The translations under genes and the position numbers were made by a program. A DNA stretch of 64,000 nucleotides from the IMG/VR virus record IMGVR_UViG_3300009130_001605, positions 11,939 through 75,938 of that record, one strand, 5' to 3'. Under the pieces are notes generated by a model that saw only the letters and a program-made list of their open reading frames with translations, ran no database searches and had not been told where the DNA came from. How positions within the stretch are numbered: position 1 is the first letter of the stretch; each line of letters starts with the position of its first letter. This document shows positions 50,203 through 59,527 of the stretch, one piece after another. The DNA comes from a virus.

Positions 50203-50257
50203 CACTTGATAAATTCATCTTTTATTTTTACATTTCGTTGTAAATAAAAATTAAAAG

Positions 50258-50773
50258 ATGATATTCGATTACAATTTCTCAGAAATAGAAGACAACCTTA
50301 ACTTACCTGAACTAGGAGAGTTTGAAGGATTTCAAGATGCAGATGACGATTTACGTCCTGTTGCAAACTTTATTAAAAGCAAAACGTTTCACAACGAGTA
50401 CATAGAGCCAAATAGAATTAAGTTTTTCTATACGAACAAACCAAAGAAAGACGGTGGTAGGTATGTAACAGGAACTTTAATGGTTCGTTCGGAAATTGAA
50501 AGACTTGTTGATGATAGATACGACTTCATTGCCATTATCTATTACCCAGTGTTCAAAATGCTTGAAGACGAGGATAAAATCATCCAATTAGACAAAGTTC
50601 TTTGTGGTATTGACTTAGGAACCCTTGAGAAGCCTGTAGTAAAAAAGCAGCAACCAGATTCGAAAGAATTTATTGGAAACTTGAGCTTTTATGGTAGAGA
50701 CAAAGTTCACGACAGTTCTGAGACAGTTCACTTAGCAACAGAATCAATCGTCCAATCAGAAAAAGAAGGGTAA
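50258..50773 (+). CDS. phage metallopeptidase-like protein lacking HExxH
   Basis: RI.F...K.KK.GG..V.G....YDFI.II....F..L....K...LD(KVLCG)...D..EF.....YG. Confidence 0.55.
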   Translation: MIFDYNFSEIEDNLNLPELGEFEGFQDADDDLRPVANFIKSKTFHNEYIEPNRIKFFYTNKPKKDGGRYVTGTLMVRSEIERLVDDRYDFIAIIYYPVFKMLEDEDKIIQLDKVLCGIDLGTLEKPVVKKQQPDSKEFIGNLSFYGRDKVHDSSETVHLATESIVQSEKEG

Positions 50774-50774
50774 A

Positions 50775-51059
50775 ATGAATGTAGAAATAATAAAATCTAC
50801 CTTCCAAGCTATTGTTAGTCAATTCGTGGCAGAAAGAGATGCTACTGTTGCTAACATCAACCAACTTCTTTACTCTAAAGGTGATAACGTAGAGGCGTTA
50901 ACCGAGTTAATGTCCAAATTGACTTTGGCTAAAATGAATATAGCCAACACTCAAGAAGAATTAAACAAAGCTATGACTTTAATAGCTTTAGAAAAACAAA
51001 CACCAAAGGATAACGGTTCTCAAGAACCAGAGATCCCTTCGGGAAATAGACCAGAATAA
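50775..51059 (+). CDS. hypothetical helical protein
   Basis: 94 aa. Confidence 0.65.
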   Translation: MNVEIIKSTFQAIVSQFVAERDATVANINQLLYSKGDNVEALTELMSKLTLAKMNIANTQEELNKAMTLIALEKQTPKDNGSQEPEIPSGNRPE

Positions 51060-51061
51060 AC

Positions 51062-51292
51062 ATGGTAATAACACTTAAAATAATAATTTGCATTTTCCTA
51101 CTTGCCATAGGTATAGCAGGGTATTCTATATTCAGAATGTTCAAAGATTCCATTGACTCTGAAGATTATGATAATATCTCATTGCTAGGTAAATTATTAA
51201 ATCAGCTGCTGTTCACTACAATAGCAGCTGGTTTACTTTCCTTGATCTCATTCTTATCGGTTGTTTTGTTTTCTACCATTACAATTTCATAA
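51062..51292 (+). CDS. small two-TM membrane protein
   Basis: Two hydrophobic segments. Confidence 0.65.
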   Translation: MVITLKIIICIFLLAIGIAGYSIFRMFKDSIDSEDYDNISLLGKLLNQLLFTTIAAGLLSLISFLSVVLFSTITIS

Positions 51293-51293
51293 A

Positions 51294-51599
51294 ATGTTTA
51301 ATTGGATTAAGAAAAAAATAAGACATTCAAAATTAAACTTCTATCTACAAAACTTTTTGTTTAATGTTTCTTTTTGGCTTAGATGTAGAAAGCTTTATAA
51401 AACCATTGGGTATAGAAAGCGAACAGGAAACTTCGATATTGATGAAGTTGGTAGAATGCATTACAAATACACCACTGTTAAAAAAAAGAGGTTTGTTGGA
51501 TACGTGTATAAAAACGACATCTATTTAGATAACCCTGGAATGCAAATAAAAGACAGGGAACAATGGGAATCTTGGAGAAAGAAAAATTTGATTAAATGA
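51294..51599 (+). CDS. hypothetical basic protein
   Basis: ATG 51294, MFNWIKK. Confidence 0.6.
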   Translation: MFNWIKKKIRHSKLNFYLQNFLFNVSFWLRCRKLYKTIGYRKRTGNFDIDEVGRMHYKYTTVKKKRFVGYVYKNDIYLDNPGMQIKDREQWESWRKKNLIK

Positions 51600-51625
51600 A
51601 ACCAACTAGAAATAGTTGGTTTTTT
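51599..51625 (+). terminator. intrinsic terminator
   Basis: AAACCAACTA-gaaa-TAGTTGGTTTTTT. Confidence 0.8.
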
Positions 51626-51685
51626 ACTTACAGCTCACGATATTGGTTTTTTTGTGATATTTATAGAAAATAAATATTTCCATCG

Positions 51686-53659
51686 ATGGCTGAATATAAA
51701 AAGAAAAAAATTGTAGATAAAGAAGTCCAAACTAATGGATTCGAGAAAAGAAGTGAAGAATTTCAAGACAACGTATCTGATAGAGGTGAAATGTATGAAA
51801 TGATTCATGACCTATCAGAAAAGGCTACAGAAAAGGCATTTGACAAAGAAGGTGTTGAGAGAGTTGAGAAATACGCAGGTGTTTATGCAACAGGTAAACC
51901 TTACGGAGCAGGTGTTCAAAAAGGAAAGTATGATGTAAGATTTTCAAGTCAAGTAAAATCTGCTTATCAAAAACAAACAATTTTCGGTACAAAAAGAATG
52001 GAAACAGAAATAACTTCTGATTTCGATGCTGAAAATGATCTACTTACTGTTCATTACGATGGAACTGAAAAAGCTGTTTTCAGAGGACATTTGGACAATG
52101 AAGACCCAATGGGTTATATGATCAACGACAAAATCACTATTAGCACAAAAGACGAAAAGAAGCTTAAAAAAGAGCTTGAGAAATTCTTCAACAAGTGTGC
52201 AGTTAAAGAAGTGAAATATTTAATTAAAACAAACATAGGAATTGATGATAGAATGGAGACTAGTATGGCTGGTTCTGTTGTTGAAAACGCAAACATAAAC
52301 AAGATGGGATTAAATGACTTATTAAACTCTTCACCAGAAGATATCGTAAATTTCTTTGAGAAAAAACTACAAGAATCAATTGATGGAGGTATTAAAAATA
52401 TCGATCCAGAAGGAGAGGAAGTAAAAGGTACTGAAGATTTTCATCCAGAAGATGTGATTGATGCAAACACTCAAGGTAACTTGCTTTTTGACGATGAGAT
52501 TTCGGAAGAAGATGCTGGTAACTACCAAGCATTTGTTGATGCATTGGTAGCAAAAGATTTCCCAGGAAAAACATTTGGTGATCTTGAAAAAAATGAGAAA
52601 AGCAAACTTTTCCTTGATGTTGAGAAAATGTGGACTTCTAAAGACGAGAAAGAAGCTATGATATCAGAGGGTGTTTCAAATAATCTTACTGGCCCTTTAG
52701 CTTATGCAACTTACGTTACTGTTAACAATAACAGATTGGAAGCAATGCAACACATCGGTTCTCTTAACGAAAGCGAATTAGAAGAAATGACTACTGCAGG
52801 TGCTCCAGGTGCTCCAGGGACAGCAGGTGATTTCCATTACCAGTCTCCAAATTTCTTAAAGAATTTTGATGATACAAATTACGCAAAAGGTAAAAAGAAA
52901 AGACCTTCTATCAAGAAAGCTAAGAATGAAGGTGATTCTTTCTGGACAACTGTTGACGTAGAAGATTTATCAGATACTCATCCATTAGGAATGCCTGGTG
53001 TAAAACTAGGTTCAAAAGAAGAATTAAAAAATTCAACTCCAGGTGGAGGTGGGGCAAAAAACACTAAGTTCATCAAGAAACTCCAAGAAGGAAGAACTCA
53101 CGATGTAACTAAAAGACAATTCTTCGATGAATCCGACAATGTTGAACAAGGTATCAATAAAAGATACTTGGTGAAAAAAGAATTGTCTGAATCAGATTTG
53201 AAAAACAAATGGTCTAAGTTATCAAACTTTGTATCAGAGTCTACAATCAACAAGGAAGCTTTAACCGATTCTGACAAAAAAATGCTTAGCGAATGTGCGT
53301 GTTCAGACATGGAGTCAGAAGAATCAAAAGAATACACTTACCTTAATGGTGATGTTGTTTCTAGAGAAGAAGCTGAAAGGATTATGAACGCAGATTACGA
53401 AGAAGAAAATGCAGATATAGAAGCAATGGCCAAAATGGAAAACTTGGTTGATGTACAGAGACCTGGATCTTTCGTTGTTCTTAGAATTAGTGAATCAGAT
53501 CTTATGAATGAAAACAAAAAATTTGTTCTTGATCATAACACTGGAAACTTTGTTGAGCACCCAGCTTGTGAAAACGTTGGATTGATTAGCGAAAACAGGG
53601 AGTTGGTTTTTGATCTTAAATCAAGATCTTATATCCCAAACCCTAAATTTAGAAAATAA
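51686..53659 (+). CDS. large acidic putative head-internal/ejected protein
   Basis: Many L/I/V-x-E motifs (VVEN, LQES, ISEE, ISEG, LNES, LQEG, LSES, VSES, LSEC, ISES, ISEN); late motif at 51658. Confidence 0.55.
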   Translation: MAEYKKKKIVDKEVQTNGFEKRSEEFQDNVSDRGEMYEMIHDLSEKATEKAFDKEGVERVEKYAGVYATGKPYGAGVQKGKYDVRFSSQVKSAYQKQTIFGTKRMETEITSDFDAENDLLTVHYDGTEKAVFRGHLDNEDPMGYMINDKITISTKDEKKLKKELEKFFNKCAVKEVKYLIKTNIGIDDRMETSMAGSVVENANINKMGLNDLLNSSPEDIVNFFEKKLQESIDGGIKNIDPEGEEVKGTEDFHPEDVIDANTQGNLLFDDEISEEDAGNYQAFVDALVAKDFPGKTFGDLEKNEKSKLFLDVEKMWTSKDEKEAMISEGVSNNLTGPLAYATYVTVNNNRLEAMQHIGSLNESELEEMTTAGAPGAPGTAGDFHYQSPNFLKNFDDTNYAKGKKKRPSIKKAKNEGDSFWTTVDVEDLSDTHPLGMPGVKLGSKEELKNSTPGGGGAKNTKFIKKLQEGRTHDVTKRQFFDESDNVEQGINKRYLVKKELSESDLKNKWSKLSNFVSESTINKEALTDSDKKMLSECACSDMESEESKEYTYLNGDVVSREEAERIMNADYEEENADIEAMAKMENLVDVQRPGSFVVLRISESDLMNENKKFVLDHNTGNFVEHPACENVGLISENRELVFDLKSRSYIPNPKFRK

Positions 53660-53683
53660 ATCTATTTTTATCATATTTTTAAC

Positions 53684-53716
53684 AAAGTCTGTAGCCAAAA
53701 ACTACAGACTTTTTCT
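53684..53716 (+). terminator. intrinsic terminator
   Basis: AAAGTCTGTAG-ccaaaaa-CTACAGACTTTTT. Confidence 0.8.
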
Positions 53717-53755
53717 TTGTTTTGTGTTTCGTTTTTATTAAATTTTAAACAAAAA

Positions 53756-54337
53756 ATGAAGATTTTAAATATAACTACAAACAAAATAAGTTTACCATTG
53801 TCTGTAAAAGATGTTGATGGGACAAATGTGTTTGTTACACTTGAGCATGATGAATTTATTTTTACTCCAACAGAAGAGAAGACAAGGAGTGTGAACTTGC
53901 ATGGTTTTAAAAAAAATATAGGTGTAACATTTGATGAGAAACCTGGTCATCTAGAATATTTTGTGACTTATACTAAATCGGATTTATCCGTCAAAGAAAA
54001 AGAGGTTGTTATAGAAAGCGGAGTTAGCACCGAAACCACTTCTTTACAAGATTCCATTAATTTAGACAGCATACTTAAAAATGTTGAAAAAGAAGACGAG
54101 GAAAACCTTTTTGATAAGTCTAAAGAATCAATTGGGGTGAATGAAGAAGAATTGTATTCTGACTTAAATTTAGATGAAATCAAAAAATCTGTTGAAGAAT
54201 ACGCAACAGAAGAACCTAAGCCTAAACCTAAAAGGTCAAGATCAAAAAAAGGCCCAGGAAGACCTAAGAAAAGAGGGCCGAAACCTAAGAAGAAATCACC
54301 AGGCCGTCCTATAGGATCAAAAAATAAAAAGAAATAA
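53756..54337 (+). CDS. protein with acidic middle and basic AT-hook-like tail
   Basis: C-terminal KKGPGRPKKRGPKPKKKSPGRPIGSKNKKK. Confidence 0.65.
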   Translation: MKILNITTNKISLPLSVKDVDGTNVFVTLEHDEFIFTPTEEKTRSVNLHGFKKNIGVTFDEKPGHLEYFVTYTKSDLSVKEKEVVIESGVSTETTSLQDSINLDSILKNVEKEDEENLFDKSKESIGVNEEELYSDLNLDEIKKSVEEYATEEPKPKPKRSRSKKGPGRPKKRGPKPKKKSPGRPIGSKNKKK

Positions 54338-54597
54338 TGGCTAAGAGGGAGTTTGAGGTTAAAAGGGAAGAGTTTGATCGAAGAGGGCGATCAATGATTC
54401 AACATAAGCTTAGGGTTCTACTAAAGAGCTATACTGTATATGACTTCTCTATGAACGAAGAAGATCAGACTTACAGTTTTAAAAGAACAATTAGAAAGCG
54501 TGGTGTCATTATAAAAATTGACAAGCAACTAAGTGGTAGATACGAATACGAAATTATTGATGAAGAAAAAGCAACATTAACATTATGGATAGAGTAA
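54337..54597 (+). CDS. hypothetical protein
   Basis: 86 aa, coupled start. Confidence 0.65.
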   Translation: MAKREFEVKREEFDRRGRSMIQHKLRVLLKSYTVYDFSMNEEDQTYSFKRTIRKRGVIIKIDKQLSGRYEYEIIDEEKATLTLWIE

Positions 54598-55022
54598 CAG
54601 TTTTGTGTGCAGCATTTCCTGGGACAGATAAATCTCACTATTTTAGAAATTCCGAGTTAGATGTACTCGACAGTGACAGTAGTACATTCGATAAGAGTGA
54701 GTTTCCTGCCAATTATATCGAGCATATCAAAAATAACATGGGAAAGGTTGATGTAATTCTTATTAGCAGTCATGAGGAAGTGCGTGACGCTCTTGTAGAG
54801 AGTGAATTGCCATTTACGTTGGTTTACCCAGACAAAGACCTTAAGGGCGATTATATCGCTAGATATAAAGAAAGAGGTAGTCCAGAAAAATTCATAGAAC
54901 TTATATCTAAAAACTGGTTAGGTGAATTAAAGAACCAAGAAGGCTGTGAACATAAGGTTTTAAAACAAGGGGAATATATCTCTGACGTACTTCCACTAAA
55001 AAAAGAAGATGAGTCTAAATAA
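54585..55022 (+). CDS. P-loop kinase-like protein with degenerate Walker A
   Basis: AFPGTDKS (family form is AFPG.GKS), D.DSS.F, FP.NYI.HI, ISSH.EVR and Y..RG motifs. Confidence 0.6.
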   Translation: MDRVTVLCAAFPGTDKSHYFRNSELDVLDSDSSTFDKSEFPANYIEHIKNNMGKVDVILISSHEEVRDALVESELPFTLVYPDKDLKGDYIARYKERGSPEKFIELISKNWLGELKNQEGCEHKVLKQGEYISDVLPLKKEDESK

Positions 55023-55707
55023 AAGAGAGTTGTTCATAAGGGATTCCATTGGATTAGAAGAAAACCTTGTTGTTCGTGTTTCTGAAATCTCTAAGCAACT
55101 TAACACAAATAAATACAGTGTTTGGATTGCCAAGGAGGCAAAGAAGGACAACTCAATATTAGATAACTATAATTTAATTTCAGACATTGTAGATTGGGCT
55201 AAGTCTACCAGTGCAGACATCATGAAGTTTGATATATATTCTGCAAATGATGCTCAAAAAGAGTGGCATGAAATTAAAGCGGATTTCCCTGTTATAAAAC
55301 AAAAAATGAAATCAAAAGAAATTGATGAAGATCGAGTTGTGTTTGTAACAAGCCAAGGTGATCATTTTTTCTACATTCTAAATTCTGATGACTTAAAATA
55401 CGAATCAGACCATATGCTTCATTGTATAGGTTGGAAAAACAGTGGGTATAATAACAAGATTGATGCTGGAGATTCGGTTATTCTTTCCCTTAGAAATGAA
55501 GACAATATTCCTTTGTTGACAATTGAAATTGACGAATCTAGTGGCAGAAGCATTCAAGTTAGAGGTAAGAAGAATCAAGACTTAACTGATTTGTCAAAGA
55601 AAATTAAAAGATCATTATCGGAGTTTGTTTTGTTTGCAGGAGACTTTAAAGAAACGGAGAGTGCAAAGATTTTAGACATCATTAATAGCAACTTGAATTA
55701 TTTTTAA
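55009..55707 (+). CDS. PcfJ-domain protein
   Basis: DL..E...M.HCIG...ILSLR.....LTIE......Q.RGK.N. Confidence 0.7.
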   Translation: MSLNKRELFIRDSIGLEENLVVRVSEISKQLNTNKYSVWIAKEAKKDNSILDNYNLISDIVDWAKSTSADIMKFDIYSANDAQKEWHEIKADFPVIKQKMKSKEIDEDRVVFVTSQGDHFFYILNSDDLKYESDHMLHCIGWKNSGYNNKIDAGDSVILSLRNEDNIPLLTIEIDESSGRSIQVRGKKNQDLTDLSKKIKRSLSEFVLFAGDFKETESAKILDIINSNLNYF

Positions 55708-55746
55708 AAGCATACACCAAAAAATGTATTAAGAAGTTATTCCCAC

Positions 55747-55754
55747 TATTTATA
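55747..55754 (+). promoter_or_regulatory. putative late promoter of the fibre cluster
   Basis: CTATTTATAG 25 nt before ATG 55780; the same motif occurs at about 16 sites. Confidence 0.6.
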
Positions 55755-55779
55755 GATAAATATAAAAATCTATAATAAC

Positions 55780-57063
55780 ATGGGATTAGGATTTCGAATA
55801 ATACAACCACCACAAACACCTAATGAGGGTAGGGCTGACATAAATTACAACTTTGCTTTATTATCGGGTGTAACTAGTATTAATTTAACTGGACTAACAA
55901 GTGGAGCGAGTACTTTTGATATAACATCTGGTACTTCTGAGAACGGAACACTTACGCTTATTACTTCTGGAGGTAGTACTATTAATATTGCCATCCCAAC
56001 TGTTTCTAACAGAGTTTTAAATGGTTTTGAAACAGCTTATGCTATCGATAACAATTTTGAACTAACCGTTTCAGCTGGTACATACAATATTAACGACACA
56101 ACTTATACGGCACCAGAAACTGTTTTAAACCTTGTTTCTAATGATGCAGAACATGATAGACTAGATGTTATTGTAGGAGATGAGCTTTCAGCTGTAACTA
56201 TAATATCTGGTACTGCTGCTCAAAACCCAGTTGCACCTGTTGTATCAGAAGATAAAGTTTTAATTTCATACATAAACATACCTGGTCAGACATCACAACA
56301 AATTTTTAATGGTAATAGAACTGTAAAGCGTTCAGGTTTACCAAACATAAATGCTGGAGGTGAAACAGTGATGGATTGGCTTGAAAATTATTTCTTCCCA
56401 TTTATACCTTCCACTCTTAGCATAAACTCTCATTCTTTGAAAGAAATTGGGACCACTTATAGTCCAAACATTGATTTCATACTTACACTTAATGACGAGA
56501 CAACTGTAACAGGCAGGAGAGTTATAGATGTAACAGATTCAAACACTGTTGTTTATAATCCAGCAACTAATAATGAAACTTTTAATGCAGTAAATGTGAC
56601 AACAGATAATACTTGGAAAAACGAGGCTGATGTTGATAACAACGGAAGCCCGACAACAATATCAAGTAGTAACAGTACAGTTAGTTTTATTTACCCATGG
56701 TTTTATGGAACAGTTGCATCAGGAGGAGCTCCGTCAGGGAGCAATAGGCCAGGTTCAGATCAAGCATTAATTAACTCTGGAACAAAGTCTGTATCAAACA
56801 GTAATGGGACATTGACAGTGTCTTACAATAGTACGTCAGATGACTACATATGGTTTGCAATACCTTCTACAAGTACATCGAAAACAAAATGGTATGTTGA
56901 TGCATTAAACAATGGTTCTATAGGTGGTGCTGTAAATTTATTTCCAGACTTTGACTCGGTTAGTATAGACTCACCTACCGTTTTATGGAACGGTGTGTCT
57001 TATAAGATATATGTAAGTAACTATCAATCAAGCGTGTCTTCTATTCAATTAAAAAATTCTTAA
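55780..57063 (+). CDS. tail-fibre chain protein 1 (C-terminal YP.FYG domain)
   Basis: C-terminal domain of about 125 aa is highly similar to that of 58607; late motif at 55747. Confidence 0.7.
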   Translation: MGLGFRIIQPPQTPNEGRADINYNFALLSGVTSINLTGLTSGASTFDITSGTSENGTLTLITSGGSTINIAIPTVSNRVLNGFETAYAIDNNFELTVSAGTYNINDTTYTAPETVLNLVSNDAEHDRLDVIVGDELSAVTIISGTAAQNPVAPVVSEDKVLISYINIPGQTSQQIFNGNRTVKRSGLPNINAGGETVMDWLENYFFPFIPSTLSINSHSLKEIGTTYSPNIDFILTLNDETTVTGRRVIDVTDSNTVVYNPATNNETFNAVNVTTDNTWKNEADVDNNGSPTTISSSNSTVSFIYPWFYGTVASGGAPSGSNRPGSDQALINSGTKSVSNSNGTLTVSYNSTSDDYIWFAIPSTSTSKTKWYVDALNNGSIGGAVNLFPDFDSVSIDSPTVLWNGVSYKIYVSNYQSSVSSIQLKNS

Positions 57064-57072
57064 AAAGAAATT

Positions 57073-58581
57073 ATGTCAATTATATTAAATGATAACTTAA
57101 AAATTAACGCTGGAAAGCCAGTGGATTCCAAATACCTTAATGGAACTGTTGATTATGTTTCTGTGGCAGAGGTAAATGGTTTAATACCAATATCTGAAAG
57201 ACACCCTGGCCTTACAGTTAGGGTCAATTTAATTGAATATTGGTATGAGTCATCTGTAGATGACATAGGATTAGTTGCAAAAGGTACAGGTTCATTAGCA
57301 AGTGTATTTGTTCAAGACGAAACAACTTCCTCTATAAAGCCAGTATCTGGCGGTACGCCTGTTTCAACAGGGTCTTATTCTATGGTTGTTGGTGGTAAAA
57401 GCAATGAAGCTAGTGGGGATTATTCATTAGCCTCAGGTTATTACACAACAGCAACAACAATTGCATCACATGCTGAGGGTTATGAAACATTATCATCTGG
57501 GTTTAAAGCTTCTCATGCTGAAGGTAATGGGACTTTAGCATCAGGTAATTTTGGATCACATTCAGAAGGAAGTGGGACCGTTGCTTCTGGTGATTATTCA
57601 CATGCAGAAGGTGGAGGGACTACAGCTAGTAGCAGAGCAGCTCATGCTGAAGGTTTTGGTACATTAGCAAGCGGAAATCAATCTCACGCAGAAGGGTTGG
57701 GTACAATGGCAACTGATCAAAGCACTCACGCTGAAGGTAATCAAACCTCTGCTGTTACATTAAATTCACATTCTGAAGGTAATGCAACCCTAGCTTTTGG
57801 TGAAGACTCACATTCAGAAGGTTCTTTTACCAGGGCATTAGGAAACTCTTCACATGCTGAAGGTCAACAAACATCGGCAACAACTTTAGCGTCTCACGCT
57901 GAAGGTAGGTCAACATTGGCCTCTGGTAATTATGCACACGCTGAAGGGACTTTCTCTCAAGCTATTGGAGATTCTTCACATGCTGAAGGTAAAGAAACTA
58001 TTTCATTTGGAATATATTCTCATGCAGGTGGATTAAGTTCAACTGTATCTGGAGAAACTTCTTTCATTCACTCAAATAATTCAACAATTGAAGTTGGGTC
58101 AAATAACTCATCTATACTTGGCGGTTCAAACAACAGGTTATTAGCTCTTGCAACAGGGTCAACAATTCTTGGTGGAACTGGAATTACAGGTACAACACAA
58201 GATACAGTTTATGGTATTAATTTCGATGCTTCTGGTAGCATTTACTCTGGCGGAACAAATCTTTCAGACATATTTATTGCATCAGGGTCTCCAAACAATT
58301 TAAACAATGTCACGTTCAAATCAGCAAGCTCAACTTTATTAGAGAGTGAGGCAGGTCTGGTTATAGTTACAGGAAATAATGTAATATTAACACTACCAAA
58401 TTCACCAGCAACTGGTACAGAATTTAAAATTAAAGATGGATCTGGAAACGGTTCTACAGATACAATAATTATTAGTGGAAACACTCATGGTGTTGATGGG
58501 TTTGTTAGCACAACAATAGAAGAGGATTATGGGTCTTTGACTTTTATATTCGATGGAGTAAATGATTACATGATATTATAA
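57073..58581 (+). CDS. tail fibre with about 14 SHAEG repeats and a gp9/gp10-like C-terminal domain
   Basis: N-terminal MSI.LNDN.KINAGKP; SHAEG repeats; C-terminal LP.SP..G.EFKIKD.SG. Confidence 0.8.
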   Translation: MSIILNDNLKINAGKPVDSKYLNGTVDYVSVAEVNGLIPISERHPGLTVRVNLIEYWYESSVDDIGLVAKGTGSLASVFVQDETTSSIKPVSGGTPVSTGSYSMVVGGKSNEASGDYSLASGYYTTATTIASHAEGYETLSSGFKASHAEGNGTLASGNFGSHSEGSGTVASGDYSHAEGGGTTASSRAAHAEGFGTLASGNQSHAEGLGTMATDQSTHAEGNQTSAVTLNSHSEGNATLAFGEDSHSEGSFTRALGNSSHAEGQQTSATTLASHAEGRSTLASGNYAHAEGTFSQAIGDSSHAEGKETISFGIYSHAGGLSSTVSGETSFIHSNNSTIEVGSNNSSILGGSNNRLLALATGSTILGGTGITGTTQDTVYGINFDASGSIYSGGTNLSDIFIASGSPNNLNNVTFKSASSTLLESEAGLVIVTGNNVILTLPNSPATGTEFKIKDGSGNGSTDTIIISGNTHGVDGFVSTTIEEDYGSLTFIFDGVNDYMIL

Positions 58582-58606
58582 TTAAAGAGTAATAAAATAA
58601 ACAAAA

Positions 58607-59515
58607 ATGGCATATAAAGACGGAAAAAAATTAAACAGTTTATCAGCTAACACTATCTACTCAGGAACAACTGATATTTCAGATTTGATTAGCAGCAGTG
58701 CAGCAGGTGTATATGAAGGTGAGGCACCAGCCAACATTACAGTTGGTGGTATAGACTCAGGCACTGATTTAACAGGTCTACCATGGCAAGATGTAATCGA
58801 GAAACTAACAGTTAAGTATTTAGTGCCAAAATTTAGCTCTTTTTCAATAACAGGGCAACAAACTTTATTAGAAGTTGGTGAAACTTTAAATGGAAATAAA
58901 ACATTTACTTGGTCAACAACAAATGTTGCTAACATAACTACTAACTCAATTGATATTGATGATATTACTGGAGCAAACACTTTAATAAGTGGTACATCCA
59001 ATGATGGCAGTGAGGTTTTAGATATTGGAACGGTAGATAATAGTACACCAATATCACAACAATATAGAATAACAGGTACCAATACCAAAGGTGATGATTT
59101 TATTAGAAATTATACAATAACTTCTCTCTATCCATATTTTTATGGAATAGTCTCTTCTGGTGGGGCAGCAGCAGGTGTAAATAGACCAACGGCTAATCAG
59201 GCATTAATAGATTCTGGAAGTAAAGTCGTAGCTAGTTCTACGGGAACTATTTCTGTTAATTTCAACAGTACATCAGATGATTATCTTTGGTTTGCAATAC
59301 CAACGACTAGTGCATCTAAAAATGTTTGGTATGTATCAGCACTTAACAATGGTAGTATAGGTGGATCTACTTCAGTAAGTGGTAATTTATTTCCAGACTT
59401 TGATTCAGTGAACATAGACTCACCTACTGTACTTTGGAATGGGATCACTTATAAAATATACATAAGTAATTTTCAATCTGCCCTAAGCGAAACAATGCAA
59501 TTAAGAAACTCATAA
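58607..59515 (+). CDS. tail-fibre chain protein 3 (YP.FYG domain)
   Basis: Paralog of the 55780 C-terminus; N-terminal M.YK..KKLN motif. Confidence 0.7.
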   Translation: MAYKDGKKLNSLSANTIYSGTTDISDLISSSAAGVYEGEAPANITVGGIDSGTDLTGLPWQDVIEKLTVKYLVPKFSSFSITGQQTLLEVGETLNGNKTFTWSTTNVANITTNSIDIDDITGANTLISGTSNDGSEVLDIGTVDNSTPISQQYRITGTNTKGDDFIRNYTITSLYPYFYGIVSSGGAAAGVNRPTANQALIDSGSKVVASSTGTISVNFNSTSDDYLWFAIPTTSASKNVWYVSALNNGSIGGSTSVSGNLFPDFDSVNIDSPTVLWNGITYKIYISNFQSALSETMQLRNS

Positions 59516-59527
59516 AATACATATAAA

